A stretch of DNA of 64,000 bases from Bacteroidales bacterium (GTDB lineage Bacteria > Bacteroidota > Bacteroidia > Bacteroidales > PUMT01), in assembly GCA_007132225.1 (NCBI GenBank), contig SLPB01000026.1:23804-87803 (forward strand), given 5' to 3'. A program made the position numbers and the translations under genes. A model generated the notes under the pieces. It saw only the letters and a program-made list of their open reading frames with translations, was not told where the DNA came from and did no database searches. The first letter of the stretch is position 1. Each line of letters begins with the position of its first letter. This document shows, one piece after another, positions 37,832-49,888 of the stretch.

Positions 37832-38757
37832 AAGAGAGAATAAATTGCCTGCCCAACAGTCTGATCGATAAAAAGAGATGGGATAGCTGTATCAAAGCCG
37901 CATGCAACCGGCGCATTTATGGCATGTCTTTTTTTCTTGATATTTTTTCTCCCCGGTGGCAGGCAATTGTTCTTGATGATGGTAATGCCGTTATGCCTGT
38001 TACATGGAACAGTAAGTTTGGAATTTCCTATGTCTGTCAGCCTGTTTTTGTTCAGCAACTTGGATGTTTCATTCTCGACAACTCTTACTCAGGAGTGATT
38101 CCATTTTTCATTGACAAGTTATCATCCTCTTTCAGGTTTATTGATATTTCGATGAATGAGATGAATGAGATAAATGAGATGAATATTGGTAATTATCAGA
38201 TTTTTAAAATGAATAATTACCTGCTCAGGCTTAATAAACCTTATGATATATTGATAAATAACTATAATACCAACACAAGAAGAAACATAAAAAAAGCAAA
38301 TAAGAGGGGACTGGTACTGATAAATCAATATCAGCCTTCTGAAGTAGTGAAATTATTCAGGTTTAATAGCGGGAAAGCTTATCCCGGTATACGCAGTATA
38401 AATTATGACAGGTTACTTTTGCTGATAAAGAGAGGCCTTGCAGAAGGCATGGTTCATATAAGGGCCGCTCGGGCAATTAATGGAAATATAATTGCTGCAG
38501 CCTGCTTCCTGGAGGATTTTGACCGTTATATATTTTATTTTTCAGCCAATAGTGATGAGGGCAGGAGGCAGGGGGCAATGTTCTTTATTATAGACAGCTT
38601 TATAAAGCAGTATGCTGACAATGATAAATTTCTTGATTTTAACGGATCCGTGAATCCGGACCTGGCCAGGTTTTACAAAGGTTTTGGTGCTGAAACCGCC
38701 TGTTATCAGAGACTGAAGATCAACAGGCTGCATTTTCCCCTGAATTTTTTCAAGTAA
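37828..38757 (+). CDS. FemAB/CelD-like GNAT-fold acyl- or aminoacyl-transferase
   Basis: The start overlaps the upstream stop (ATGA). The NTNTRRNIKKANKRGL segment is typical of FemAB-like and BioF2/CelD-like acetyltransferases. 309 aa. Confidence 0.55.
   Translation: MKERINCLPNSLIDKKRWDSCIKAACNRRIYGMSFFLDIFSPRWQAIVLDDGNAVMPVTWNSKFGISYVCQPVFVQQLGCFILDNSYSGVIPFFIDKLSSSFRFIDISMNEMNEINEMNIGNYQIFKMNNYLLRLNKPYDILINNYNTNTRRNIKKANKRGLVLINQYQPSEVVKLFRFNSGKAYPGIRSINYDRLLLLIKRGLAEGMVHIRAARAINGNIIAAACFLEDFDRYIFYFSANSDEGRRQGAMFFIIDSFIKQYADNDKFLDFNGSVNPDLARFYKGFGAETACYQRLKINRLHFPLNFFK
38152..38184 (+). repeat. About 3.5 copies of a 9-bp unit (ATGAATGAG) encoding NEMNEINEMN
   Basis: The DNA is atgaatgag atgaatgag ataaatgag atgaat. 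It is in frame within the GNAT-like gene. Confidence 0.85.
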
Positions 38758-38824
38758 GGATTCTACCCGGGCATTTTGAGTCTGATCAAAATGAACAATA
38801 TGGATCACACAGGACAGATGCTGT

Positions 38825-39535
38825 TTAATCCATCAGGGCTGTGAAGTCAATTTCAGATGTGTGATCCACCTCGGTAGTTTTTCCCTTTTCACACTTCAAG
38901 GTACGTGCCGGGAATTTTTTCAGCAGGGTGTAATTGTGTGTTGCCATAATAACAGCCCGTCCGCTGTTACTTATTTCAAGGAGCAGCTCAAGAATATCTT
39001 CAGACGTTTCAGGGTCAAGGTTTCCCGTAGGCTCATCTGCAAGAATGATATCAGGGTTGTTGAGCAATGCCCTTGCTATAACAACTCTTTGCTGCTCTCC
39101 GCCTGAAATCTGATGAGGCATTTTGTATCCTTTGTAATTCAGGTCCACTCTTTCCAGCACCTCTACAATCCGCTCATTAATATCCTTTTTGTTTTTCCAG
39201 CCTGTTGCCCGAAGAACGAATGCAAGATTATCATATATGTTGCGGTCACTGAGAAGCTGAAAGTCCTGGAAGACTATTCCCATCTTCCTTCTGAGGAAAG
39301 GAATCTGTTTTTTTTTAATTGTTTCAAGATTGTAACCGGCTACCATTACATTGCCGGACTTAAGGGGGAGCTCAGCATTAATTGTTTTAATTATGCTTGT
39401 TTTTCCACTTCCAACCCTTCCAATAATATAAACAAATTCTCCTTTACTTACATTAAAAGTAACATCTGAAAGAATAAGATTGTCCCCCTGGAAAATATTT
39501 ACTTTGTTTATATCTATAATTATGTCAAGTGACAT
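38825..39535 (-). CDS. ftsE: FtsE-like ABC ATP-binding protein
   Basis: Walker A GRVGSGKTS, signature ISGGEQQRVVIARAL, Walker B ILADEPTGNLD. About 236 aa. No ftsX is adjacent. Confidence 0.75.
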   Translation of the reverse strand: MSLDIIIDINKVNIFQGDNLILSDVTFNVSKGEFVYIIGRVGSGKTSIIKTINAELPLKSGNVMVAGYNLETIKKKQIPFLRRKMGIVFQDFQLLSDRNIYDNLAFVLRATGWKNKKDINERIVEVLERVDLNYKGYKMPHQISGGEQQRVVIARALLNNPDIILADEPTGNLDPETSEDILELLLEISNSGRAVIMATHNYTLLKKFPARTLKCEKGKTTEVDHTSEIDFTALMD

Positions 39536-39789
39536 ATGAATTTAATTTGTAACTGTAATAATATAGAGTTGCAGGTTAATATTGAAACCCGGAAAAAAAC
39601 TGTCCGGAATATTTTCACTTTTATATTGAATCATATTCAATATTTTATTATAAGGTAAACCGGTTTTTATAAACCGTGAGTGCAAAATAACTAATTTTTT
39701 TGGGAGGAATAACAGAATAAACAGTTAAAATATCAGTTAATGTTAATTAAATGATCTTTAAAAATTGGATTAAAATCATTTTATATAGT

Positions 39790-39797
39790 TATTTTTG
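39790..39797 (+). promoter_or_regulatory. -7 box (TAnnTTTG) upstream of the TPR gene
   Basis: TATTTTTG lies 33 nt upstream of the ATG at 39830. Confidence 0.5.
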
Positions 39798-39829
39798 GCT
39801 TCATAATAAAATTAATTAGTTCTATAATA

Positions 39830-42800
39830 ATGACAAGGATTGCAGGATTATATTTGTTTTTGGCTCTCTTTTTCCTTTTCTTCCTCCAACCCGTTAGCGG
39901 ACAGAAATCATTGATTTACGATAATGATGATTTGTCCTATATGAGGGCAATGGACCTTTTCAATAAGGAGAAGTACGGGGCTGCACAAAAACATTTTCAA
40001 AAAGCTATTGAGCAGTATGAAGAATCAAACACATTATTAAAGGCGAATGCCCAGTATTATTCGGCATTGTGTGCGTTTAAGCTTTTTAATAATGATGCGG
40101 AATACCAGTTGATACAGTTTATCAGTGATAACCCTGAGAGTATCTACCGCAATGATGCCCACTTTAACCTTGGGCTTCTTTATTACCGGAACAGGAACTT
40201 CCGGAAATCCAGTGAATGGCTTGAGGCTACCAGGCATGAATATTTGAAGGAAGAGTTGCGCGATGAATATTTTTTCAAGCTTGGTTATAGTTATTTCATG
40301 AGAAATGAATACGAAAAGGCTTCCCGGGCATTCTTTGTTATTATGAACGGAGAGACCTCTTATGCAGGCCCTGCAACATATTATTATTCTCATATTGCTT
40401 ATGCGGCTGAAAACCTGGCAACCGCTCTGCCCGGGTTCTTAAGCTTACAGGATGATGAATCCTTTTCAGGTCTTGTGCCTTATTACATTATCCAGATCTA
40501 CTATAAGCAAAGAAGATATGAAGACGTTATATCCACCGGACCCGATCTTCTTGAGGTTGCTGTTTCAAGACGGGTGCCTGAAATTGCCAGATTAATTGCT
40601 GAGTCTCACTACCGCCGGAGGCAATACCAGGAATCTGTGAAATATATGGAGCTATATATGGACCGTTCCCCGAGTATTTCTGCGGAAGACAGGTATCAGC
40701 TGGGTTACTCTTATTATCAAACCGGTCGTTATGAGGAAGCTGCAGCCATGTTCGAACGGGCATTGGGAAACGACAGCGAGCTGAACCAGAATATTAATTA
40801 CCACCTTGCTGATTGTTATATCAGGCTTAATGATAAGCACAAGGCAAGAATGGCTTTTTCAGATGCTGCCCGGTCAGATTATGATAAAACCATACAGGAA
40901 GATGCGCTGTATCATTATTCCCTTCTGACCTTTGAAATTGCTTATTCTCCCTTTAATGAGGCTATAAAAGGGTTTAACAGGTTTATCGAGTTGTTTCCCG
41001 AATCCAGGCGTATTGATGAGGTTTATAACTATATGGTGATGGCATATATGAACACCCGTAATTACCGTGAAGCCCTCGCCTCTATAGAAAAGATCAGTTT
41101 TCAGACAAATGATATAAAAAGAGCTTATCAACGGGTTGCCTATTTCAGGGGACTGGAGCTATACAGCAATCTTCGCTTTGAGGATGCTATAAGGGTTTTT
41201 GATGTATCACTTCAGAATGCCCAGTTCAATCCTGAAATTGCAGCCCAGACTTATTACTGGAAAGGGGAAGCTCTGTACAGGCTGAGCAGGTATGATGAAG
41301 CTATACGGAACTTTAACCGGTTTCTTCTTTCTCCCGGTGCATTTGAACTGGAGGAGTATAAAACTTCTCACTACAATATGGGCTATTCATATTTCAAGAA
41401 AAAGGACTATTCAAACGCCATTTCCTGGTTCAGACGATACCTGAATGTTATCAATAATTCCAGGACAATAATGGCAGGGGATGCATCTAACAGAATCGGT
41501 GACTCATATTTTATTATGTCTCAATATGAAAATGCAATAGAATATTATGACAGGTCCATATTGAATGGCATGGCAAATAAGGATTATGCCCTTTTCCAAA
41601 AAGCTTCTGCTATGGGGCTTTTAAATAAACAAAGAGAAAAAATACGGGTTCTCGGGCAACTCATAGCAGAGCACCCCAATTCATCTCACTTGCTGGACGC
41701 TTTGTTTGAAATGGGTAATTCATATATGAGTATTAATTCTCCGGAATCTGCTATTCCGTATTATAAGAAACTGGTGGATGATTATCCTACAAGCAGCCAT
41801 GTTAGTTCAGCTTTGCTTCAGCTTGGTTTGATAGATTATAACAGGAACCGGAATGAAGATGCGATTAACTATTATAAGCAGGTTGCCGAAAATTTTCCGG
41901 GAACACCTGAATCACGATCCGCACTGGCCGGTCTTCGTAATATCTATCTTGACCTGAATAATGTAGATGCATTTGTTGCCTATACACAGACACTGGGTGA
42001 CTATGCAAGGGTCACCATTTCGGAGCAGGACTCACTTACATATATAGCTGCAGAAAATTTGTATATGGCAAATGATTGCAGAAAGGCAATTGATAATTTT
42101 GCCAGGTATATAGAAAAATTCAGAAGCGGTAGTTTTATTTTAAATGCTCATTTTTATAAAGCAGATTGCCATCACAGGTTAAATGAATATGAAAAGGCTC
42201 TTGAGTCCTATGAGTTTGTTATTGGTATGTTCAGGAACACCTTTACAGAGCAGGCACTTGTCGCTGCCTCATCCATAAATTTTGAACTTGGCAACTACCG
42301 GGATGCCCTTAACAACTTTGAACAGCTGGAGCGGATGGCAGAATTAAGCACCAACCTGCTGGAAGCCCGTAAGGGTCAGATGAGATGTAATGCAATCCTG
42401 GAAAATCACAGGGGAACTATTGATGCCTCAAGAATGGTGCTCTCAACTGAGAATCTGCCCGGAGAACTGAAACGTGAAGCACACTTTAATATGGGGAAGG
42501 CATACATGGCGATGGATCAGCTTGATAATGCAATGAATGAATTCAGAGTTGTTTCCCAGGAAGTTACCAGCCGTGAAGGTGCAGAATCCAAGTACAGGAT
42601 AGCCGAGATTTATTTCCTTAAGGGGCAAAATGAAGAATCAGAACAGGAAGTATATGATCTGGTTGCCATGAACACACCGCATCAGTATTGGATGGCCCGT
42701 TCATTTATACTTCTTGCGGACATCTATATCAGGCTCGGCGATGATTTTCAGGCAAGACATACTCTTCAGAGTATCATAGATAATTATGATGTTCCCGACG

Positions 42801-42910
42801 ATGGTATATTATCCGAGGCACGCAGCCGAATCAGGAATATAGGGGCATCGGAAGATTTAAGGGGTGAGCCGGATGGAGACACACTGGAGATAAGGTTAAG
42901 AAGTCAATAA
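39830..42910 (+). CDS. Large secreted tetratricopeptide-repeat protein (1026 aa)
   Basis: Signal-peptide-like N-terminus. Many TPR-like Y/A/F-patterned helical pairs run the full length. Confidence 0.8.
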   Translation: MTRIAGLYLFLALFFLFFLQPVSGQKSLIYDNDDLSYMRAMDLFNKEKYGAAQKHFQKAIEQYEESNTLLKANAQYYSALCAFKLFNNDAEYQLIQFISDNPESIYRNDAHFNLGLLYYRNRNFRKSSEWLEATRHEYLKEELRDEYFFKLGYSYFMRNEYEKASRAFFVIMNGETSYAGPATYYYSHIAYAAENLATALPGFLSLQDDESFSGLVPYYIIQIYYKQRRYEDVISTGPDLLEVAVSRRVPEIARLIAESHYRRRQYQESVKYMELYMDRSPSISAEDRYQLGYSYYQTGRYEEAAAMFERALGNDSELNQNINYHLADCYIRLNDKHKARMAFSDAARSDYDKTIQEDALYHYSLLTFEIAYSPFNEAIKGFNRFIELFPESRRIDEVYNYMVMAYMNTRNYREALASIEKISFQTNDIKRAYQRVAYFRGLELYSNLRFEDAIRVFDVSLQNAQFNPEIAAQTYYWKGEALYRLSRYDEAIRNFNRFLLSPGAFELEEYKTSHYNMGYSYFKKKDYSNAISWFRRYLNVINNSRTIMAGDASNRIGDSYFIMSQYENAIEYYDRSILNGMANKDYALFQKASAMGLLNKQREKIRVLGQLIAEHPNSSHLLDALFEMGNSYMSINSPESAIPYYKKLVDDYPTSSHVSSALLQLGLIDYNRNRNEDAINYYKQVAENFPGTPESRSALAGLRNIYLDLNNVDAFVAYTQTLGDYARVTISEQDSLTYIAAENLYMANDCRKAIDNFARYIEKFRSGSFILNAHFYKADCHHRLNEYEKALESYEFVIGMFRNTFTEQALVAASSINFELGNYRDALNNFEQLERMAELSTNLLEARKGQMRCNAILENHRGTIDASRMVLSTENLPGELKREAHFNMGKAYMAMDQLDNAMNEFRVVSQEVTSREGAESKYRIAEIYFLKGQNEESEQEVYDLVAMNTPHQYWMARSFILLADIYIRLGDDFQARHTLQSIIDNYDVPDDGILSEARSRIRNIGASEDLRGEPDGDTLEIRLRSQ

Positions 42911-42934
42911 AGAAAATAATTAATTAGCGTCAAA

Positions 42935-44614
42935 ATGATATATTTTAATTATATGGTAAAGTATGTACGGCAAATAATCGTGGCCGGGACATTGTGTTTT
43001 ATTACCTCCCCCGTTTTATTTGCACAGGATGATATTGGCAAGGAGGTTTTTGTCATCAGGACCTTTGAACCATCAGTTGCTGATGCTTCAAAGATTAATT
43101 TATTACCATCCATTACCGACACTATAAGTGTTTCTCCTGATTTTAGCTATAATATCCTGCCTGTACCTATCTCTATGGATTTTGAGGTTGAACCGATAAC
43201 TCCTGCCCGAATGTCGGCTGAAACTGTCTCAAAGCTTTATGGCAGCTACATCAAGCTTGGACTTGGCAGCTATACCAGTCCCATGGGGGAGTTAAGCATC
43301 AATAATTTGCGTCATAATGAATATAGCGGCGGGATCTTTTTAAAACATCACTCTTCACATGGAGAAATAAAACTTGATAACAGCAGGACTGCATTTTCCC
43401 AGTTTTCTGACAATACCATGAATTTTTACGGAAAACGTATGGGCAGGAATAATGTATTATCTGGTAAAATGGGACTCCAGTCAAACGGCTTTCACTATTA
43501 TGGCTATGATACAAGTATTGACACCATTCCCGCAAAAGATGACATAGAACAACGATTCATGCATGCAAATGCAGGGTTTCAGTTTAAATCCAGCCATCCC
43601 GATTCCATCCATATGAATTATGATCTGAATCTTAATTATGATTATTTTCAGGACAGACGTGATGTCGGTGAGCATGGACTGACCTTCCGGTCAAGTTTCA
43701 GTAAATTTATCCGGACCCAGGTTGTAGGGGCCCATTTTGATGTGGATTACTATGATAACACCCTTATTGCCGACACCTCAAACCTGGTGTTGAAACTGAG
43801 CCCCTGGTTTAATAAGGCTGATGAGGAATGGGAAGTTTTTGCCGGGTTTCACGCATATTATGATCAGTTCGGGAGCGAGTCGAAAGTATACTTTCACCCC
43901 CGGGCAAGCCTTCAGTTCAGTATTATACAGGATTATGTCATTCCTTATGTAGGTATCGACGGGAGATTGAATGTGAATAACTACCGGACCGTGGCACTGG
44001 ATAATAATTTCATTGTTCCTGGATTAATGGTTGAAAACTCCAACCGGTCTATGGATTTTTATTCCGGTATTAAAGGTAATTTCACCCGTGATATTTCATT
44101 TAATTTTAAAGTTTCCTACGCGGTTATTGATGGTATGCATTTTTATGTAACCGACAGCAGTCCGGGAAGTATTGGAAACCAGTTTTCAGTTGTTTATGAT
44201 GACGTGGAATTGCTTAATTATTCAGGTGAAGTTGGAGCTGATATTTCCAACAGGTTTAATTTGCTTGCCAGGGTTAATTACTATGATTACAGTATGCAGC
44301 TGCAGGAACACCCCTGGCACAAACCTGCTCTTGACATGAGGTTTTCAGCAAATTATAATCTGGGCGATAAGATACTTTTAAATGCGGATGTTTTCCATAA
44401 GGGCAGCCGTTATGCCAGATCCATTAATGAAGGTGCAGAACCTTATGAACTGGAAGGCATTACAGATTTCAACCTTGGAATTGAATACCGGTACAGCAAA
44501 ATCCTCTCCGGGTTTCTAAGATTGAATAATATAAGCAATGCAAGATACTACAAATGGAATAATTATCCGCAACAGGGGTTTTCAGTAATGGCTGGATTCA
44601 CCTACTCTCTCTAA
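42935..44614 (+). CDS. Putative outer-membrane beta-barrel (porin-like) protein
   Basis: Signal peptide ending in FAQDD. Alternating-hydrophobicity strands rich in Y/G/N. C-terminus ...GFSVMAGFTYSL. An alternative start exists at 42953. Confidence 0.6.
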   Translation: MIYFNYMVKYVRQIIVAGTLCFITSPVLFAQDDIGKEVFVIRTFEPSVADASKINLLPSITDTISVSPDFSYNILPVPISMDFEVEPITPARMSAETVSKLYGSYIKLGLGSYTSPMGELSINNLRHNEYSGGIFLKHHSSHGEIKLDNSRTAFSQFSDNTMNFYGKRMGRNNVLSGKMGLQSNGFHYYGYDTSIDTIPAKDDIEQRFMHANAGFQFKSSHPDSIHMNYDLNLNYDYFQDRRDVGEHGLTFRSSFSKFIRTQVVGAHFDVDYYDNTLIADTSNLVLKLSPWFNKADEEWEVFAGFHAYYDQFGSESKVYFHPRASLQFSIIQDYVIPYVGIDGRLNVNNYRTVALDNNFIVPGLMVENSNRSMDFYSGIKGNFTRDISFNFKVSYAVIDGMHFYVTDSSPGSIGNQFSVVYDDVELLNYSGEVGADISNRFNLLARVNYYDYSMQLQEHPWHKPALDMRFSANYNLGDKILLNADVFHKGSRYARSINEGAEPYELEGITDFNLGIEYRYSKILSGFLRLNNISNARYYKWNNYPQQGFSVMAGFTYSL

Positions 44615-44708
44615 GGTATTGCTATAATGTAACATATCCTGTTTGTTAATTGTTGAAAAAACAGGTCGCGGCAGGAGTGAAAAACTCACCGGGAAGTTTT
44701 ATTTTTAG

Positions 44709-44716
44709 TATATTTG
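44709..44716 (+). promoter_or_regulatory. -7 box (TAnnTTTG) upstream of gyrB
   Basis: TATATTTG lies about 50 nt upstream of the gyrB start. Confidence 0.5.
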
Positions 44717-44759
44717 AAGTAATTATAAAACAGTTTTAAATGTAATTTGATTAACCTAA

Positions 44760-46748
<1,989 letters not shown>

Positions 46749-46908
46749 GGTTTGGCCCTGTCCGCATCAATTTTGATCTCATATGAATTTTTATTATTTG
46801 TCCGAATGACACTTTTGCCGGGCATTAATTATTAAAGTGAAATAATTCTGCCAGAAAGTTATTCTTGGCGGGATTTTTTCCTTATAATTTTTATTTTATT
46901 TTTGTAAT

Positions 46909-48351
46909 ATGTCCAAATACATTATTACAGTAATATTTTTTTTATTTTGCACAGATTCTTATAGCCGGCCATTATATAGTTTTAATGATACTGTTCCCCA
47001 ATCAGCACAATTATTAAGCAGGTATATAATGCACAGGTCTGTCACCGGAAATGAAAGGTCGGCCGGCCTCTTCTTCTCCACGGTGGCAAGGCAGAAAGGC
47101 TTACATGTAGAGGTTCTGACTGATGAACCCGCAAGCTTTAACTTTACCGCTTCACTCTATCCTCTTGAAAGTAAGAAACCCAATATTATTTTATTGAATC
47201 ATATTGATGTAGTTCCGGCCACTGAGGAAGTTGAGGATCTATATACATACCCCCCCTTTTCAGGTGCAATTGCCGATGGGAAGGTGTGGGGGAGGGGTGC
47301 AATTGATAATAAGGGGATGGGAGTGATGCAATTGCTTGCCCTCGGGGAGTTTATTGATTTAGCCTCCGGGGTTGATCTGCCATTCAATATCACCATGCTT
47401 TCAGTGTCAGGTGAAGAAACAGGCGGTTATACAGGCGCCAAAATTATTTCTGATAAATTTCTGGATTATCTTAATCCTGTCGCTGTATATGGGGAGGGAG
47501 GATCAGGGATTCCCGGCATTTTGGTCAGGCACCCTGACAGAAAGCTGTTCGGTGTTTCCGTAGCCTTTAAACGCAGCCTGTGGCTTGAACTGACTTTGAG
47601 AAATGTTACTTCGGGACATGGAGCTGTGCCTCCTGACAACTATGTTGTAAAGGATAAGATAATATCAATTAACCGGCTTGTTGAAAGTAACAGAAAGATT
47701 ATGTTTTCCGAAACAACACGCAGAATGTTTTATGAACTGGGTGAAATGGAAGGAGGACTCAGAGGGCTTGCATTGAGGAATATGTGGTTATTCCGACCAT
47801 TAGTTATCCCTGCCATGAAACGCGAAGAAATTGTTTATTCTTTGATTACCAATACGTTAACTGTAACTTCTGTTAATACTCCTAATGGTCCGCCTAACCA
47901 GATACCCCAGGAAATTTCGGCTGTACTGGATTGCCGTTTGCTGCCAGATACCACTACGGAAGATTTCCTTAAAGATATCAGGAAAACCCTTGATAATGAG
48001 AAGGTGAAAATAAGAGTTTTACATGAAAGGGAAAGAGTCTACCCGACAGAAATTGACCAGTATTATTATTATATGAAGGAGGCGCTGGAAAAAGTATATC
48101 CCGGGGCAGGCGTACTTCCCATTCTCGCTCCGGCTTCCAATGACAATAATTATTTCAGGCAGCACGGTATACCCGCTTACGGGATACTGCCTGTTTTTAT
48201 TTCAGTTGATTTACTTGAAACGATTCATAATGTAGATGAAAGAATACCTGTAGATGCCCTTGAAAAGGGTGTTGCCACATATATAGAACTGATCAGGATT
48301 ATTATAGACTCAAAATTTAATGACACTGCGATTAACCATAACTTTAAATGA
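46909..48351 (+). CDS. M20/M25/M40-family metallopeptidase/amidohydrolase with signal peptide
   Basis: Metal-ligand and catalytic motifs NHIDVVP, GRGAIDNKG and SGEETGG. N-terminus MSKYIITVIFFLFCTDSYS. Confidence 0.8.
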   Translation: MSKYIITVIFFLFCTDSYSRPLYSFNDTVPQSAQLLSRYIMHRSVTGNERSAGLFFSTVARQKGLHVEVLTDEPASFNFTASLYPLESKKPNIILLNHIDVVPATEEVEDLYTYPPFSGAIADGKVWGRGAIDNKGMGVMQLLALGEFIDLASGVDLPFNITMLSVSGEETGGYTGAKIISDKFLDYLNPVAVYGEGGSGIPGILVRHPDRKLFGVSVAFKRSLWLELTLRNVTSGHGAVPPDNYVVKDKIISINRLVESNRKIMFSETTRRMFYELGEMEGGLRGLALRNMWLFRPLVIPAMKREEIVYSLITNTLTVTSVNTPNGPPNQIPQEISAVLDCRLLPDTTTEDFLKDIRKTLDNEKVKIRVLHERERVYPTEIDQYYYYMKEALEKVYPGAGVLPILAPASNDNNYFRQHGIPAYGILPVFISVDLLETIHNVDERIPVDALEKGVATYIELIRIIIDSKFNDTAINHNFK

Positions 48352-48357
48352 CATCAC

Positions 48358-49869
48358 ATGAGTGTATTGAGTTTTTCTGCAAAATTGGCTGCAAGCTTAT
48401 ATAAAAAGCGGATCAATTCCTGGAATGATAAGGCAAAAGATATGCAGGAGAGAATTTTCAGACAACTCCTGAAAAAAGGCAGAAAAACTTCATTCGGAAA
48501 GGACCACTCTTTTGGCAGGATCAACTCTTATCAGCAGTTTAAAGATAATGTGCCCGTACGGGATTATGAGGCATTAAGACACTATATAGGGCGTGCCAGG
48601 CTTGGAGAAAGTGATGTCTTGTGGCCTGGCAGACCGGTTTATTTTGCGATGACCTCAGGCACAACTTCGGGAGGTAAGCATATCCCGATAACAAAAGATT
48701 CCCTTCCAAATCACCTTCACTCCACCCGGCTTGCCCTGCTCAATTACATAGATGTTACCGGCAATACCGGTTTCCTTGATGGTAAATATATATTTCTTTC
48801 AGGGAGTCCGGAGCTGGGTGATGAGAACGGTATTTACTCCGGCCGTTTATCAGGTATCGTGAACCATCATGTTCCCGGTTATCTTAAGCGCAACCAGCTT
48901 CCCTCATGGGAAACTAACTGTATCAGGGACTGGCAGAAAAAACTTGATGCCATAGTGGAAGAAACCATTGATCAGAATATGAGCCTGATAAGTGGTATTC
49001 CCCCATGGGTGGAAATGTATTTTGAACGACTTTTAGAGCATTCTGAAAAGTCCGCTATACTTGATATATTCCCGAAATTCAGCATTTTTATATATGGCGG
49101 GGTGAATTTTAAACCTTATGAACAGAAATTCAGAAATTTAATAGGAGGCGAAATTGATACCCTTGAGTTGTTTCCTGCATCTGAAGGATTTTTTGCTTTC
49201 CAGGATATATTTCCCGGAGAGGGACTTCTTCTGATACCCGACTCGGGAATATTTTATGAGTTTATTCCTCTTGGTGAATTTCATGAAGGAAGCAGGGAAA
49301 GAATACCTCTTGCTGATGTAAAAACAGATGTGAACTATGTGATGATTTTAAATTCGAATGCCGGTCTGTGGGCATATAATATAGGAGATACCGTTAGGTT
49401 CACATCCACAGATCCATACCGGCTGGTTGTTACCGGTCGGGTGAGCCAGTATCTTTCTGCTTTCGGCGAACATGTGATCGCAGAAGAAATTGAAGCTTCG
49501 CTGGAAGAAGCATGCCGGAAAACAGGAGCCAGGATAAATGAATTCACCATTGCTCCGCTTGTTGATAACCCGGATGGCAAATCGTGTCATGAATGGTTTA
49601 TAGAATTTACTGCTGCTCCCCATTCCCTTGAAGAGTTAAGACAGGAGTTGGACATGCAGTTGCGCAAAAGAAATCATTATTACGATGACCTTGTGGGAGG
49701 AAATATTATCCAGCCACTTATAATAAAGGTAATGCCCGAAAACAGTTTTTCAAGGTATATGAAGTCCATTGGCAAGCTCGGAGGACAAAACAAGGTGCCT
49801 CATCTGAAAAATGACAGAGATGTGGCTGATGTACTGGTTACCTATCTGGAAGAGGAAGGAGAAGAGTAA
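48358..49869 (+). CDS. GH3 (auxin-responsive-promoter) family adenylate-forming enzyme homologue
   Basis: 503 aa. P-loop-like MTSGTTSGGKHIP, plus the overall length and C-terminal layout typical of bacterial GH3 homologues. Confidence 0.75.
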   Translation: MSVLSFSAKLAASLYKKRINSWNDKAKDMQERIFRQLLKKGRKTSFGKDHSFGRINSYQQFKDNVPVRDYEALRHYIGRARLGESDVLWPGRPVYFAMTSGTTSGGKHIPITKDSLPNHLHSTRLALLNYIDVTGNTGFLDGKYIFLSGSPELGDENGIYSGRLSGIVNHHVPGYLKRNQLPSWETNCIRDWQKKLDAIVEETIDQNMSLISGIPPWVEMYFERLLEHSEKSAILDIFPKFSIFIYGGVNFKPYEQKFRNLIGGEIDTLELFPASEGFFAFQDIFPGEGLLLIPDSGIFYEFIPLGEFHEGSRERIPLADVKTDVNYVMILNSNAGLWAYNIGDTVRFTSTDPYRLVVTGRVSQYLSAFGEHVIAEEIEASLEEACRKTGARINEFTIAPLVDNPDGKSCHEWFIEFTAAPHSLEELRQELDMQLRKRNHYYDDLVGGNIIQPLIIKVMPENSFSRYMKSIGKLGGQNKVPHLKNDRDVADVLVTYLEEEGEE

Positions 49870-49888
49870 GAGTTGCAGGGACTGGTCA

